DNA from: a virus
Lineage: Duplodnaviria > Caudoviricetes
Length of the DNA stretch: 58,656 nucleotides
Virus record (IMG/VR): IMGVR_UViG_3300032334_000389
Span: 1-58,656 of that record
Strand: one strand, 5' to 3'
Program-made: the position numbers and the translations under genes
The notes under the pieces: model-generated
What the model saw: only the letters and a program-made list of their open reading frames with translations
Told to the model about the DNA's origin: nothing
Databases searched by the model: none
Shown here: one piece after another, positions 46,501 through 55,084 of the stretch
Layout of the letters: the number at the start of each line of letters is the position of its first letter
How positions within the stretch are numbered: position 1 is the stretch's first letter

Positions 46501-49500
46501 GGGATGTTCACTCAAGGATGTATTCTCCAGAGGCAAGAAGAGCTATGACTACTGAAACAAGAGGTCAAAATTCTTGGGTTAATTTTAATAAAGAGATGCG
46601 TAATGAGGACGGATCTATTAAAAAGAAAGGTGATAAAGGATATTTATCTCCTACGGAAAGACCATTTGCAGATCAAAAAATAGGATTACTTCCTGAGTGG
46701 GCAACTAAACCTTATTATGAAGGTAAACCAGTGGAGGAAACTACAACTGAAGTTACTGCTGTAGAAGAAATTAAGCCTAGCGATATAGAGACCACACTTG
46801 ACGAGGTAATAACTCCTGCATCAAAGGACGTTAAAGAGCAGGTGTCAAGAGCTAAGAGGGCTATATCTAAGTTCCTTCCTAACGTTGAGATTGTTTATCA
46901 CACCACAGCCGATTCTTACAAGGCTGTTGTAGGAGATAACTCAAGGGGATACTACGGAGGTAATAAGATACACATAAACGGATCAAATGCTAACTCAAAA
47001 ACTGTAGCACACGAGGTGTTTCACGCGGTTATATTAAAAAACATAACGTCAAACAAGCAGGCTACAGATATTACAAATAGGATGCTTAAGGCTCTGTCTA
47101 AGTCACTTAAAAGTAAGCCAGAAAATATGGCTGAGATCAACAAGTTTGTTGAGGAAGGATACTCTAAGGACCTATGGTCTGAAGAGAAGCTGGCCGAGGT
47201 TATAGGATACCTAGCCTCTGAGTACGAGACTCTTCCAGACGTTTCTAAGAATATCATTCAGAAGTGGATCGAGAAGATAGCTAAGATGGTAGGTATTAAG
47301 AAATTTACAGACCAGGAAGTTGTTGACTTTATGAACACGCTTGCTTCAAGAATATCTACTGGACAGGAGATTACTGAGGCAGATGTTAAAGCTATAAGTC
47401 AAGGATCTTCTACATATATAGCTGAACCAACAGAAATAAATAGATCTCAAAATAAAAAAGAAGAAAAAGTAAAAGTTGGAGATCATAAATTATCTTTTGT
47501 GAAAGAATCTGATTTAATTGATATGGATTCTTTAATGAAAGAGATTTCAGATAAAAAACAAAAAGTTTGGTTTTGGGTAGCTGATCAACTTGGAAGAGGT
47601 GATTATTATGATTCTGTAATTGATGGAGAACATTATTTAGATGCAGGACCATCATTTGCTTTAGATCCTGAAAATAGAGATAAAAATATAATATGGGCTA
47701 CTGGTAAAGCTGAAAATGAAATAACAAAACTTATAGGTAATTCAGATTATATATTTATAATAAGCGGATCTCCATTAAAAAGTAAATTATTTAATAAGAG
47801 TGTAATAGATATTATATCTAAAAGAACTGGTGATTTTAATTCTTTTAAGAAAAACATTTTAAATGTATCTAAAATAAAACCATTAAATGATGTTTTATCA
47901 TCTGTAAATTCTTGGGAAGAACTTAGAGATACTCCAAAGAGAAAAGAGTTCTTATTAAATATTTTAAATCAAGCAGATAAAAATACTCCTCTTAAAAAAG
48001 AATTAGAAAAATATAATGCTATTATAGATTTAAATGAATTAAGAGATGGTTTTTATGCAGATAATAATTTTGAACTAAATGATATTATGTTGGTTTTAAA
48101 ACCAACAGAATTTGGAGGAAAATCTAATCATTCAACATATGAAAATAATATATTAGGAGAGGTTATAGGAGTCCCTGATATTAAGGTTAATGCATTTGAT
48201 ATTCTTCCGTCTGAAATAAAAGATAAATATAAAGGAGAATTAGGTAAGTCTCAACAACAACAAGCCGTTGCTCCTTATGGAATAGGTGTTAAACCTATTG
48301 AAAGAAAACAACTAAGTCCTATTGATAAGGCTGTTAAGGTTGCAAAGAATAAAGGATTTAACGACAAGGACATAGCGGACTACCTAGTTGGTAAGGGGTA
48401 CACAAGGGCACAGGCTACAAAGGCTATACTTAAATACAACGACGTTATCTCTGTTAAATTAAGAAAGGAAGACAGCGTGTTTACAAAGGATGGCAGAAAC
48501 AAGATTATTACATTCATAGACCAAATAAAGAGAAGGGCTCTTTCTGCAAGGTCTTTCCTTCCTAAGTCTGTCTTTATAATGAGGGACAAGATTGAGTCAA
48601 ATATAAAGGCTGAGGCTAAGAGAGCGTCATATCTTGTGGATGACTTCAACAAACTTGTTAAGAATTATAAGGGGGATGTAGACTTGTTGCACGATGAGTT
48701 TGATAAGTATTTAAGAGGTGATAACACGGCAGTGCTTCCTGATGAGTTCAAGGCTGTTGCAGGAAAGATGCGTATGCATATTGATAATTTATCTCAGATG
48801 CTTTTAAGAACAGGGGCTGTAAGTGTAAGTCAGGCTGAGACAATAGCTAAAAACTTAGGTCAGTACGTTAACAGATCTTACCAGGTATTCGACAAGAATG
48901 ACTGGGCTAAGCAGGTTACAGACGAGATGAAGGAGGCTGCAAAGGTTGATCTTAGAAGTATGTACAGAGCTGAGGCTGAGTCTAAGGCTAAGCAGACTGG
49001 AATGGATGCCGATATAATACTTGAGGACTTCATAAATAAAAAGATAGAAGACCTTATAGGAGGAGAGGCCGCTGCTACATTCTTAGGAATTAGTAAGACT
49101 GGAGCTAAGAACTTAAGCATTATGAAGGAGCGTCTTGATATACCACTGTCAATAAGACAACTTATGGGTGAGTACACTGATGCGTCTCAGAACTATGCTA
49201 GAACAGTTCTTAAGATTGCTACGCTTGCTGAGAACTCAAGGTTCCTACAGTCAGCCAGAGAGGCTGGTATGGGCGTATTTTTTTATAATGAGAACGATAC
49301 AAACAGACCTAAAGAGTTTAACACAAAGATAGCAGGAGACAAGAGTGATACAATGAGTCCATTGAATGGATTATACACCACACCTGAGATAGCTAAAGCA
49401 TTTACTCAGAAAATTGGAACAGGCGATGCTATAGAGGCTGCGCTTGGAACAGACATTGGGCCTATAATAAGAGGTGTTTACGAGACATATATGAAGGCAC

Positions 49501-51035
49501 TTTCTTCTGTAAAATGGCTTAAGACTATTGGATCTGTCGCTACTCACGCAAAGAACGTAACTGGTAACATATGGTTTATGTTATCTAATGGTTATTATAA
49601 TCCTAAAAAATATACCGAGGCATTCAGCGTGCTTAAGAACTCAAGCAACGAGGACCTTAGAAATAAACTAGACGAGTATATAAGAGCTGGGATCATAGAT
49701 CAGAGTGCTGCTCTTGGAGAGATTAAGGCTATGTTTGCTGACGCAGACTTTGATACAGCTATAGAGAGTAGACTTAAAAAGAATCCATTTGAAAAAGCTA
49801 AGTCAGCCGTTAAGAAGTTAGGTCAGAAGATGAGCACAGCGTATCAACTTGAGGATGACTTCTTTAAGATTATATCTTACGAGAGCGAGAAGTCAAGATA
49901 CTCTAACGCTGACTTTAATAAGCCATTTGATGAACTAACTCCTGAAGAACAAAACATAATTAAAGAGAAGGCTTCAGAGATAACTAAGAATATACTTCCT
50001 AACTACGCTAGAATACCAGGGTTAGTTAAGTTGTTAAAGGCTGTACCTGTAGCTGGTACGTTCGTTTCGTTTCAGTCTGAGGCCTACAGAACTGCTTGGA
50101 ATACAGTTGCCCTTGCTGCTGATGAATTAAAATCTGACAACAATAAGGTTAAGGCTATAGGCGCTAAGAGATTAGCTGGAATAGCAGCATCTCAGGCTAC
50201 AAAGTTAGGTCTTATGTCCCTTATGGGAACTATAATTTCTGGAGGAGATGATGAGGAAGATGATGAATTGAAGAAGAACACTAAATTATTTGTAGCTCCT
50301 TGGTCTAAGGATTCAGATTTAGTTCTTGTTAACTACGGTGGTGGTAAGATGTCTTATATAGACTTTAGCGCATCTGATCCTCACGGAAGTATTAAGAGTG
50401 CTTATAACTCTGTAATGGCTGGTAAAGATATAACCGAGTCATTTACAAATGGACTTACTCAGTTGCTAGATCCTTTTATGAAGGAAGATATGCTTCTTAA
50501 CGTTATAACAGACATAAAGGATAATAAGAATGCATACGGAGGTAAATTATATAACGACTCTGATACAGATGTAAATAAGATAAATGCTATAATGGATAGA
50601 GTTTATAAGGCATTTGAGCCAGGGACTATAACGACAGTGAGAAAGGTTGTAGGATCTGATGATGTTAAAAACGAGTTAGCAGGTCAACTCACAGGTTATA
50701 AGATAAGCACCGTTGATGTTAATAAGCAATTAGGATTCAAGATGAATGAATTAAAGGATTTATCTGGAGAGGCTAAGAAGTTATATAGTTCAGCGTTCTA
50801 TAAGTTTGAAGATGGAAAGATAACTGGTGACGAGTTAGATAAGACATACGATCAGGCAAACAAGTCTCAGAAGGAAGCGTATAATAAGATGATGGACTAT
50901 ATGAATGCTGCATCATTCTTTGGAGTTGACGATTATATGATAGAGGATAATATGCAGGGAGTAGGTAAGTCTGTTATAAATGATCTGTGGTACGGAGAGG
51001 CTCCAGATATGAAGATGAAGGAGGCAGAAGAATAA
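43539..51035 (+). CDS. Giant polyvalent/ejection protein (2498 aa) with a zincin-like metallopeptidase motif
   Basis: SRGYY...IHIN...VAHEVFHAV...EEKLAE zincin signature; second His motif FRFVHDIFGH...GEENAW; long helical C-terminus. Confidence 0.7.
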   Translation: MPDGIVLSEQDRAKLDGIVQKMMANKESEDNIRFVVDDFKNKYGLKKKESSEPIGQEKSGVSPAKPIQQGTSLDTEPPTRAQASVALGGPTKLFGQEEEKRPTSIMYGNEPKKEGFIPPSTPIDTEQSIKYLEKKNKIKPGKEFNVEEYERNRKEIDRLKAIKKKTPAEEPVDDIFTYQFNNVRDLNNYTSKAKEEVDAEVNNTGFLNVIKSGLSSAYNTVVSGIGKLADLTPQDISAVQIEKNPIAKEISEVKSDPKNSKLTGEEINFKAYQLAIENKAKSLRNSQTDNYLESIPEDVKNNLQFNKVDDLKTIDDNTRKVVKVRDSYLASLENDYIRLNQLQQENQDQNEISNVENRIKSNTEYIKKLDKSIYGLDRKHGSAEEEVDLLKRNYDMLYNISGRVTQGTLNALITTGDMIADFILPESENNPEYINRLKKSKDELVSETVNSVSGLSDTFRKDIKDVNNVNDFINWSSDVLAVQTPNLVAASTGNPGLAIMGATSMAQKRFDMKQEVINGTAKYDDLQMFAIPLLWGGAEVVSEIPTVNILKKAGLATSAINADDVLKRELVNSTFNNFLKTGKEYSKDQFKENAGELFTNVVQNSMDKYLLGKKDVGIFDNSEEILKDTFLMTSMLQSSPHIAGAVIKPFTSPEYTNVLDNNSKQILSLNKLIGDKNVSEEVKSVAKNKIAGLNAESGAIVNKVVSSIDSMSDVSKSRIAKIEKEQSELRAKASEITEDKTIDVNTKKDLLNTLKSQFKLVEDERVNILSGKTTVEEMSVNATVPEVVVETKPIEVKEIVTPKEDLTAGKGLFSEPVDHVIKTSEDYKKSKGITIDAGERIIDIDVENSKKIADAYDEMESNPNDPEVKAAYNAMANETVDQFKYLIDNGYNVELYDGKTEPYKNSEEMLKDLRDNKHLYVFSTEEGFGDTPITEKDRQENPLLKDSGFTDKNGKKLLINDAFRFVHDIFGHGERGNSFGAKGEENAWDVHSRMYSPEARRAMTTETRGQNSWVNFNKEMRNEDGSIKKKGDKGYLSPTERPFADQKIGLLPEWATKPYYEGKPVEETTTEVTAVEEIKPSDIETTLDEVITPASKDVKEQVSRAKRAISKFLPNVEIVYHTTADSYKAVVGDNSRGYYGGNKIHINGSNANSKTVAHEVFHAVILKNITSNKQATDITNRMLKALSKSLKSKPENMAEINKFVEEGYSKDLWSEEKLAEVIGYLASEYETLPDVSKNIIQKWIEKIAKMVGIKKFTDQEVVDFMNTLASRISTGQEITEADVKAISQGSSTYIAEPTEINRSQNKKEEKVKVGDHKLSFVKESDLIDMDSLMKEISDKKQKVWFWVADQLGRGDYYDSVIDGEHYLDAGPSFALDPENRDKNIIWATGKAENEITKLIGNSDYIFIISGSPLKSKLFNKSVIDIISKRTGDFNSFKKNILNVSKIKPLNDVLSSVNSWEELRDTPKRKEFLLNILNQADKNTPLKKELEKYNAIIDLNELRDGFYADNNFELNDIMLVLKPTEFGGKSNHSTYENNILGEVIGVPDIKVNAFDILPSEIKDKYKGELGKSQQQQAVAPYGIGVKPIERKQLSPIDKAVKVAKNKGFNDKDIADYLVGKGYTRAQATKAILKYNDVISVKLRKEDSVFTKDGRNKIITFIDQIKRRALSARSFLPKSVFIMRDKIESNIKAEAKRASYLVDDFNKLVKNYKGDVDLLHDEFDKYLRGDNTAVLPDEFKAVAGKMRMHIDNLSQMLLRTGAVSVSQAETIAKNLGQYVNRSYQVFDKNDWAKQVTDEMKEAAKVDLRSMYRAEAESKAKQTGMDADIILEDFINKKIEDLIGGEAAATFLGISKTGAKNLSIMKERLDIPLSIRQLMGEYTDASQNYARTVLKIATLAENSRFLQSAREAGMGVFFYNENDTNRPKEFNTKIAGDKSDTMSPLNGLYTTPEIAKAFTQKIGTGDAIEAALGTDIGPIIRGVYETYMKALSSVKWLKTIGSVATHAKNVTGNIWFMLSNGYYNPKKYTEAFSVLKNSSNEDLRNKLDEYIRAGIIDQSAALGEIKAMFADADFDTAIESRLKKNPFEKAKSAVKKLGQKMSTAYQLEDDFFKIISYESEKSRYSNADFNKPFDELTPEEQNIIKEKASEITKNILPNYARIPGLVKLLKAVPVAGTFVSFQSEAYRTAWNTVALAADELKSDNNKVKAIGAKRLAGIAASQATKLGLMSLMGTIISGGDDEEDDELKKNTKLFVAPWSKDSDLVLVNYGGGKMSYIDFSASDPHGSIKSAYNSVMAGKDITESFTNGLTQLLDPFMKEDMLLNVITDIKDNKNAYGGKLYNDSDTDVNKINAIMDRVYKAFEPGTITTVRKVVGSDDVKNELAGQLTGYKISTVDVNKQLGFKMNELKDLSGEAKKLYSSAFYKFEDGKITGDELDKTYDQANKSQKEAYNKMMDYMNAASFFGVDDYMIEDNMQGVGKSVINDLWYGEAPDMKMKEAEE

Positions 51036-51068
51036 AAAAGGGAGCTATTTAGCTCCCTTAAATTTTTC
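51034..51068. terminator. Terminator at the convergence of the two genome arms
   Basis: AAGGGAGCTA-TT-TAGCTCCCTT hairpin flanked by A and T runs. Confidence 0.8.
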
Positions 51069-51188
51069 TTTCAGTATATTCCTGTAAACATTATTTACAG
51101 ATTCCTTATTTGCGCCTCTAAGGTGTAGGTAGTTCATAATTATCTTAACTCTGCGCATAGGAGTTATTGTTTGTGCCTTTCTACTCAT
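51045..51188 (-). CDS. Small basic protein (47 aa, MSRKAQTITPMRRVKIIMNYLHLRGANKESVN...)
   Basis: Read manually; overlaps the stop of 51181..51441. Confidence 0.5.
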   Translation of the reverse strand: MSRKAQTITPMRRVKIIMNYLHLRGANKESVNNVYRNILKEKFKGAK

Positions 51189-51441
51189 TGTATTCCTGTT
51201 TTAGTTTCTCTAAGTATAAAATCATATCCATCGCTTCTTGTTGTGCGTGATTCAGCCACTCTAAGAAACTTAAATCCTTTCGATCTAAGTTAGTTCCGTA
51301 CTTAGCAAATCCTACGTTAGAACGCTCTATAAAGCTTTCTATAACATTGTTTACTATTGAGTCTTCTGTTAGCTTAGGAAACTCTAATACTTGTGGTTCG
51401 TTCACCACTATGTCTTTTATGTGTTCGTCTAAATATGTCAT
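51181..51441 (-). CDS. Hypothetical protein, possibly an all-alpha nucleotide pyrophosphohydrolase-like fold
   Basis: RSNVGFAKYGTNLDR...WLNHAQQEAMDMILYLEK. Confidence 0.55.
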   Translation of the reverse strand: MTYLDEHIKDIVVNEPQVLEFPKLTEDSIVNNVIESFIERSNVGFAKYGTNLDRKDLSFLEWLNHAQQEAMDMILYLEKLKQEYNE

Positions 51442-51443
51442 AA

Positions 51444-52694
51444 TTAAATTGCGTAATAGAAAACGTTAGGTATTCCCTTTCCGTTGTTCTCGGTTATTAT
51501 AAATCCACTCTCTGATGTGTAGCCAAGGCTCTCGCTGAAGAAGTTACCAGTGAAAAATGACGGACAGTTTATACGTCTATGGTCCACTGCATCATCCTTG
51601 ATTGTCTGGTAGCTATCGCGTTGGTTTATGTTTAATTTCTGAATGATACTGTGAAGGTGTCCCTCACATATCAGATTATACATTCCCTGAACTCCATAGT
51701 CCCAGCATATCTGCTTGGTTGACTTCTTGCTTATGTTGTGGTGTCCGTGAGTGAGTATGTGACATATACCATCTACTACGTGGGTGATTACTAAAGGATT
51801 AAATTCAATTCTATATCCTATAAGCTCTAATCCCCAACAAACTAGATTGGCTGCACCACCTTGAACATCCTCCTTATTATCAGATGTAACTCTATCGTGG
51901 TTTCCAGCAACTACCTTAACATCTCCAAGGTTATTAATTCTTGACAGAAAGTTATCGTGAAGTATTCTAACCACAAGTTTTACAGCTTCTGCTCCAACCA
52001 TAGCCTTATCCAATCCTTTCCAGGTATTCTTATGAGATAGACCTGTGAATGACTCAATCAAGTCACCAAGTATATGTATATGAACTATTGAGTAACCTCT
52101 CTTGTTAACCTCAGTAGCTGCATCGAATAACTTGTTTGCTAATATATCTATAGAGAAATTCTTAGTTCTTATTAAATTATCTACATAAGCACCAAGGTGA
52201 AGATCAGCAAGTTTAACAACTCCAACAGAGTTTGATCCAGTCGCGTTTGTCTTTAGAGTTAGTTTTACACTCTCTAACCCTTCCTTTATCAGATCTTTTA
52301 GTTCCTGTTCACTTACGTAAGATTCCTGAGATAGCACGTTGCTAGCGATGTTGTAGTATGGTGTACCAGTGTGAGTAACAAGCTTGTAAGTTCTTGCTTG
52401 CTCGAAAGGTATACCATATATACTACAGTACTCCTCGATATTCATCAGGGTTCCGTCTGACTTTCTTGCAGATAACTGAGTATCAGCCTCATACTGATTA
52501 GTATCAGTATAGGTAATGTTCTCAGTCGTTTCATTTAACTTGTTTATATGCTTTGAGAAGTATCTCCTAATAGAGTCTTCGTAGGGATAGCTATACTCCT
52601 TGCACGCCTCCTTTGAGGCAGCGGTTATAGACAACCCCTCGGACACAAGAGAGAGAACTCTCTCCTGCATCTCAAGTGAATAGTTTCGTTTCAT
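51444..52694 (-). CDS. Calcineurin-like metallophosphoesterase with N-terminal HTH-like region
   Basis: DLHLG, LGDLIE, GNHDR, HGH and GHLH motifs in canonical order. Confidence 0.85.
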   Translation of the reverse strand: MKRNYSLEMQERVLSLVSEGLSITAASKEACKEYSYPYEDSIRRYFSKHINKLNETTENITYTDTNQYEADTQLSARKSDGTLMNIEEYCSIYGIPFEQARTYKLVTHTGTPYYNIASNVLSQESYVSEQELKDLIKEGLESVKLTLKTNATGSNSVGVVKLADLHLGAYVDNLIRTKNFSIDILANKLFDAATEVNKRGYSIVHIHILGDLIESFTGLSHKNTWKGLDKAMVGAEAVKLVVRILHDNFLSRINNLGDVKVVAGNHDRVTSDNKEDVQGGAANLVCWGLELIGYRIEFNPLVITHVVDGICHILTHGHHNISKKSTKQICWDYGVQGMYNLICEGHLHSIIQKLNINQRDSYQTIKDDAVDHRRINCPSFFTGNFFSESLGYTSESGFIITENNGKGIPNVFYYAI

Positions 52695-52861
52695 TATATT
52701 TCTTCTTTGAATGTCTGCTGTATTTCTTTAAGCAGAGCTGTTAGTAGGTAGATACTTCTGTTCAATTCTTCTCTATCTCCATCCATAAGGCTCTCATAGA
52801 TGTTGTCGGTGTACAAGTTTATTGACTTCATAACCGAATTAACGTGGGCTGTATTACTCAT
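52694..52861 (-). CDS. Hypothetical protein (55 aa, MSNTAHVNSVMKSINLYTDNIYESLMDGD...)
   Basis: Read manually; TAATG coupling. Confidence 0.6.
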   Translation of the reverse strand: MSNTAHVNSVMKSINLYTDNIYESLMDGDREELNRSIYLLTALLKEIQQTFKEEI

Positions 52862-52918
52862 TTTGTGTGTTTTTTATTGCAATTTACTGTGAAAATAAAT
52901 TTTCATAATAAAAAGTTA

Positions 52919-53383
52919 TTAACAGTTCATCTTGATTATTGATTCAAGTCTCTCGTAAACTAGGAACTCTTTATCCCTTGGAACCTTGTCAAGTAAGGCG
53001 TGTAGTTTGCTTGACAGCCTAGCCTCAAGCTTATCAATTTTTGTTGATAAAACTATATTGTCATACCATATCTTATTGGTCTCACTTATATCCTTTATCT
53101 CCAATCCTTTAGAGTACACGTTTAGAATATTAAAGTACTTGTTTCTAAACCTGTCGTCATACTTGATCCAGCTGTCAAAGTTCTTGATGTAGTGGTAAAT
53201 AGTGGCGTGGTCCTTCTTAAGTATTCTTCCTACCTTTGTGTATCCAATATTATGGTACGAGTACATAATCTTTGAGAATATCGCCCTAGCCTCTACGTGA
53301 TCTTTTTCTCTGCTCTTGTTGAATATGTCTACATTATATTCAAACTCCATAATTCTTATCAGTTCATTTATATTATTCTCCAT
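52919..53383 (-). CDS. DnaA C-terminal (domain IV)-like HTH protein
   Basis: SREKDHVEARAIF...YTKVGRILKKDHATIYHY resembles the DnaA signature R.HTTV.H. Confidence 0.75.
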   Translation of the reverse strand: MENNINELIRIMEFEYNVDIFNKSREKDHVEARAIFSKIMYSYHNIGYTKVGRILKKDHATIYHYIKNFDSWIKYDDRFRNKYFNILNVYSKGLEIKDISETNKIWYDNIVLSTKIDKLEARLSSKLHALLDKVPRDKEFLVYERLESIIKMNC

Positions 53384-53648
53384 TGTATATTTCTGTTTTA
53401 AATTCTATTTGATAATCTGTCCAAACTTTACATTCAAACCCTTTTTGAGTTAATTCTTTTAATCTTAATTTTTGAAGCTCGGATAATACTCCGTCTGGTT
53501 TTTTAACTTCTATAAACATAGCTCTACCATCTTTTAAGCATAATAAATCCATAATACCATTGACTGATGTCTTTATTAATTTTATTACGTACCATCCTTC
53601 TTTTTCAAGTTTTTTCTTAATTTTTGTTTGTATTTGTTGTTCTGTCAT
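53373..53648 (-). CDS. VRR-NUC domain nuclease
   Basis: MTEQQIQ...GIMDL...FIEVKKPDGVLSELQK. Confidence 0.85.
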   Translation of the reverse strand: MTEQQIQTKIKKKLEKEGWYVIKLIKTSVNGIMDLLCLKDGRAMFIEVKKPDGVLSELQKLRLKELTQKGFECKVWTDYQIEFKTEIYNGE

Positions 53649-53649
53649 A

Positions 53650-54318
53650 TTAACAATAAATTAAATTAGTATTATTTTTTAAATTACCATTAAGTCTATT
53701 TTTTAAAGTTGAAGGGTTTAAATTATTATATAAAGCTGCTTCTTTTGTTCCAAAATAAAAAATTCCTGTTTCTAAATTTAATATTATTTTAGAAAATTTA
53801 TTTCTTAAGTTTTGTTTTTCGCTTTCAGACATTACTTTATTACAACCTCTTTTATTACCTATAAGAGATAAAGACATTTTATTTTTTGTTTCTTTAGAAT
53901 GTTTTTTACCCATCATTGAATTAGACATTTTTTCCTTCCATTCTTTTGTGTTTTTATAACTCATATCCATTAAAGGTCTTTTTTTACCTTTTAAAGAATT
54001 TGATATTTTAATTTTACTATGTTCAGAATGACAACCTGATTTATCATTTGATTTAGCCAAACATAAATTAAGTCCATTATTCAAAACATTATAAAAATCC
54101 TGCCAATATCTTTCTCTTTCACTTAACAATTCAACATTACATTCTTCTATAATTTCAAATAAATGATTTTCTACTCCGTATTTTAAAAAAGACCTGTATA
54201 GTTTTATTTGTCTTTTACAATTTATTTTTTTATAAGTTTTAAATCTTCGATTTATATCTATACTTTTTCCTATATAAATCTTATTTGTTGGCGATGTAAT
54301 TTTGTATATTCCTATCAT
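53650..54318 (-). CDS. Free-standing GIY-YIG homing endonuclease with NUMOD3-type repeats
   Basis: MIGIYKIT...IYIGKS..RR..Y, ERERYWQ; HSEHSKIKIS and HSKETKNKMS repeats; very AT-rich. Confidence 0.9.
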   Translation of the reverse strand: MIGIYKITSPTNKIYIGKSIDINRRFKTYKKINCKRQIKLYRSFLKYGVENHLFEIIEECNVELLSERERYWQDFYNVLNNGLNLCLAKSNDKSGCHSEHSKIKISNSLKGKKRPLMDMSYKNTKEWKEKMSNSMMGKKHSKETKNKMSLSLIGNKRGCNKVMSESEKQNLRNKFSKIILNLETGIFYFGTKEAALYNNLNPSTLKNRLNGNLKNNTNLIYC

Positions 54319-54320
54319 AA

Positions 54321-54403
54321 TAAAAAACCCGCAAAATCAGAGATCGCTGTCTCTTCATTCACGGGAATTATATAAATTCTTAAAAGTATCAGCGACAATA
54401 CTT
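54321..54403 (-). ncRNA. Structured leader of the GIY-YIG gene with complementary (kissing) loops
   Basis: Hairpin AAGUAU-UGUCGCUG-AUACUU and hairpin CCCG..AGAGA-CAGCGA-UCUCU..CGGG plus U6; loops UCGCUG and CAGCGA are complementary. Confidence 0.65.
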
Positions 54404-54406
54404 CTA

Positions 54407-54414
54407 CAAATATA
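54407..54414 (-). promoter_or_regulatory. Bacteroidota -7 box for the endonuclease transcript
   Basis: TATATTTG(TA) immediately before the leader hairpin. Confidence 0.65.
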
Positions 54415-54425
54415 GTAAAAAAATA

Positions 54426-54674
54426 TCAATCCTCTTGGCTTGTATCTGTTGCTCCTTCATATACCTTTATAAAGTTATTGTTCTTATCGTAAACCCTTAT
54501 CAGTTCAAACTTCTTATCGATGTGCTCTAGTATGTTCTCAAGGTTGACCGAGTTGAACACCATACCAAACGTGTTGATATCTGTGTTGTCTGTGCTGTTC
54601 TGTCTGTAGTGATCGTAGAACCACTGAAGGTCATACTTGCCACTGTTTCTCATTTTGATATACTTTTCTTTCAT
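54426..54674 (-). CDS. Hypothetical protein (82 aa)
   Basis: ORF track; ATGA coupling. Confidence 0.7.
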   Translation of the reverse strand: MKEKYIKMRNSGKYDLQWFYDHYRQNSTDNTDINTFGMVFNSVNLENILEHIDKKFELIRVYDKNNNFIKVYEGATDTSQED

Positions 54675-55084
54675 AGATTATTATATATTTGTTTTACCTT
54701 TCCTGAAATTGGTATTGCGTCTCCTCCCTCATCTATTCTTACGAATTTCATATTTGTATCTAGTATTGTGTTTTGCTGACCTGAGTAAACACTGTGAGAT
54801 CGAGCCTCCATATAAATTGTTATGGATGTGTTTCCTATTTTAGAAACTCTGCCATAAATCTTAATTAATTGTCCCTCCTTCGCAGGTTTTTTAAATGAAC
54901 ACTGATCAATCATAACGGTGACCATTCTGGGTGTGTCACAAACCTGCATAGCGAAAGCAGCGGCTGAAGCATCCATCCAGGCCAGCAGCTTTCCTCCAAA
55001 TAAGTTACCGTGAAACCCTAGGTCTGATTTTTTAATAGGGTGAGTTGAGATCAACTCCATAATATCTTCTTCTTGTGGTGTCAT
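54671..55084 (-). CDS. Acyl-CoA thioesterase, hotdog fold (YciA-like); probable start at MELISTH
   Basis: DLGFHGNLFGGKLLAWMD, VTV..D..SFKKP, IGNTS and FVRIDEGGDAIPI motifs. Confidence 0.88.
   Translation of the reverse strand: MTPQEEDIMELISTHPIKKSDLGFHGNLFGGKLLAWMDASAAAFAMQVCDTPRMVTVMIDQCSFKKPAKEGQLIKIYGRVSKIGNTSITIYMEARSHSVYSGQQNTILDTNMKFVRIDEGGDAIPISGKVKQIYNNL

Noticed and set aside
43539-51035. Virion RNA polymerase as in crAss-like or N4-like phages
   Set aside because: No DxDxD catalytic loop in a polymerase-like context was seen (DADFDT is not convincing), and host-type promoters precede the operons
53650-54318. Group I intron housing the GIY-YIG gene
   Set aside because: Flanking genes look intact, no intron core was recognised, and the gene has its own promoter and leader
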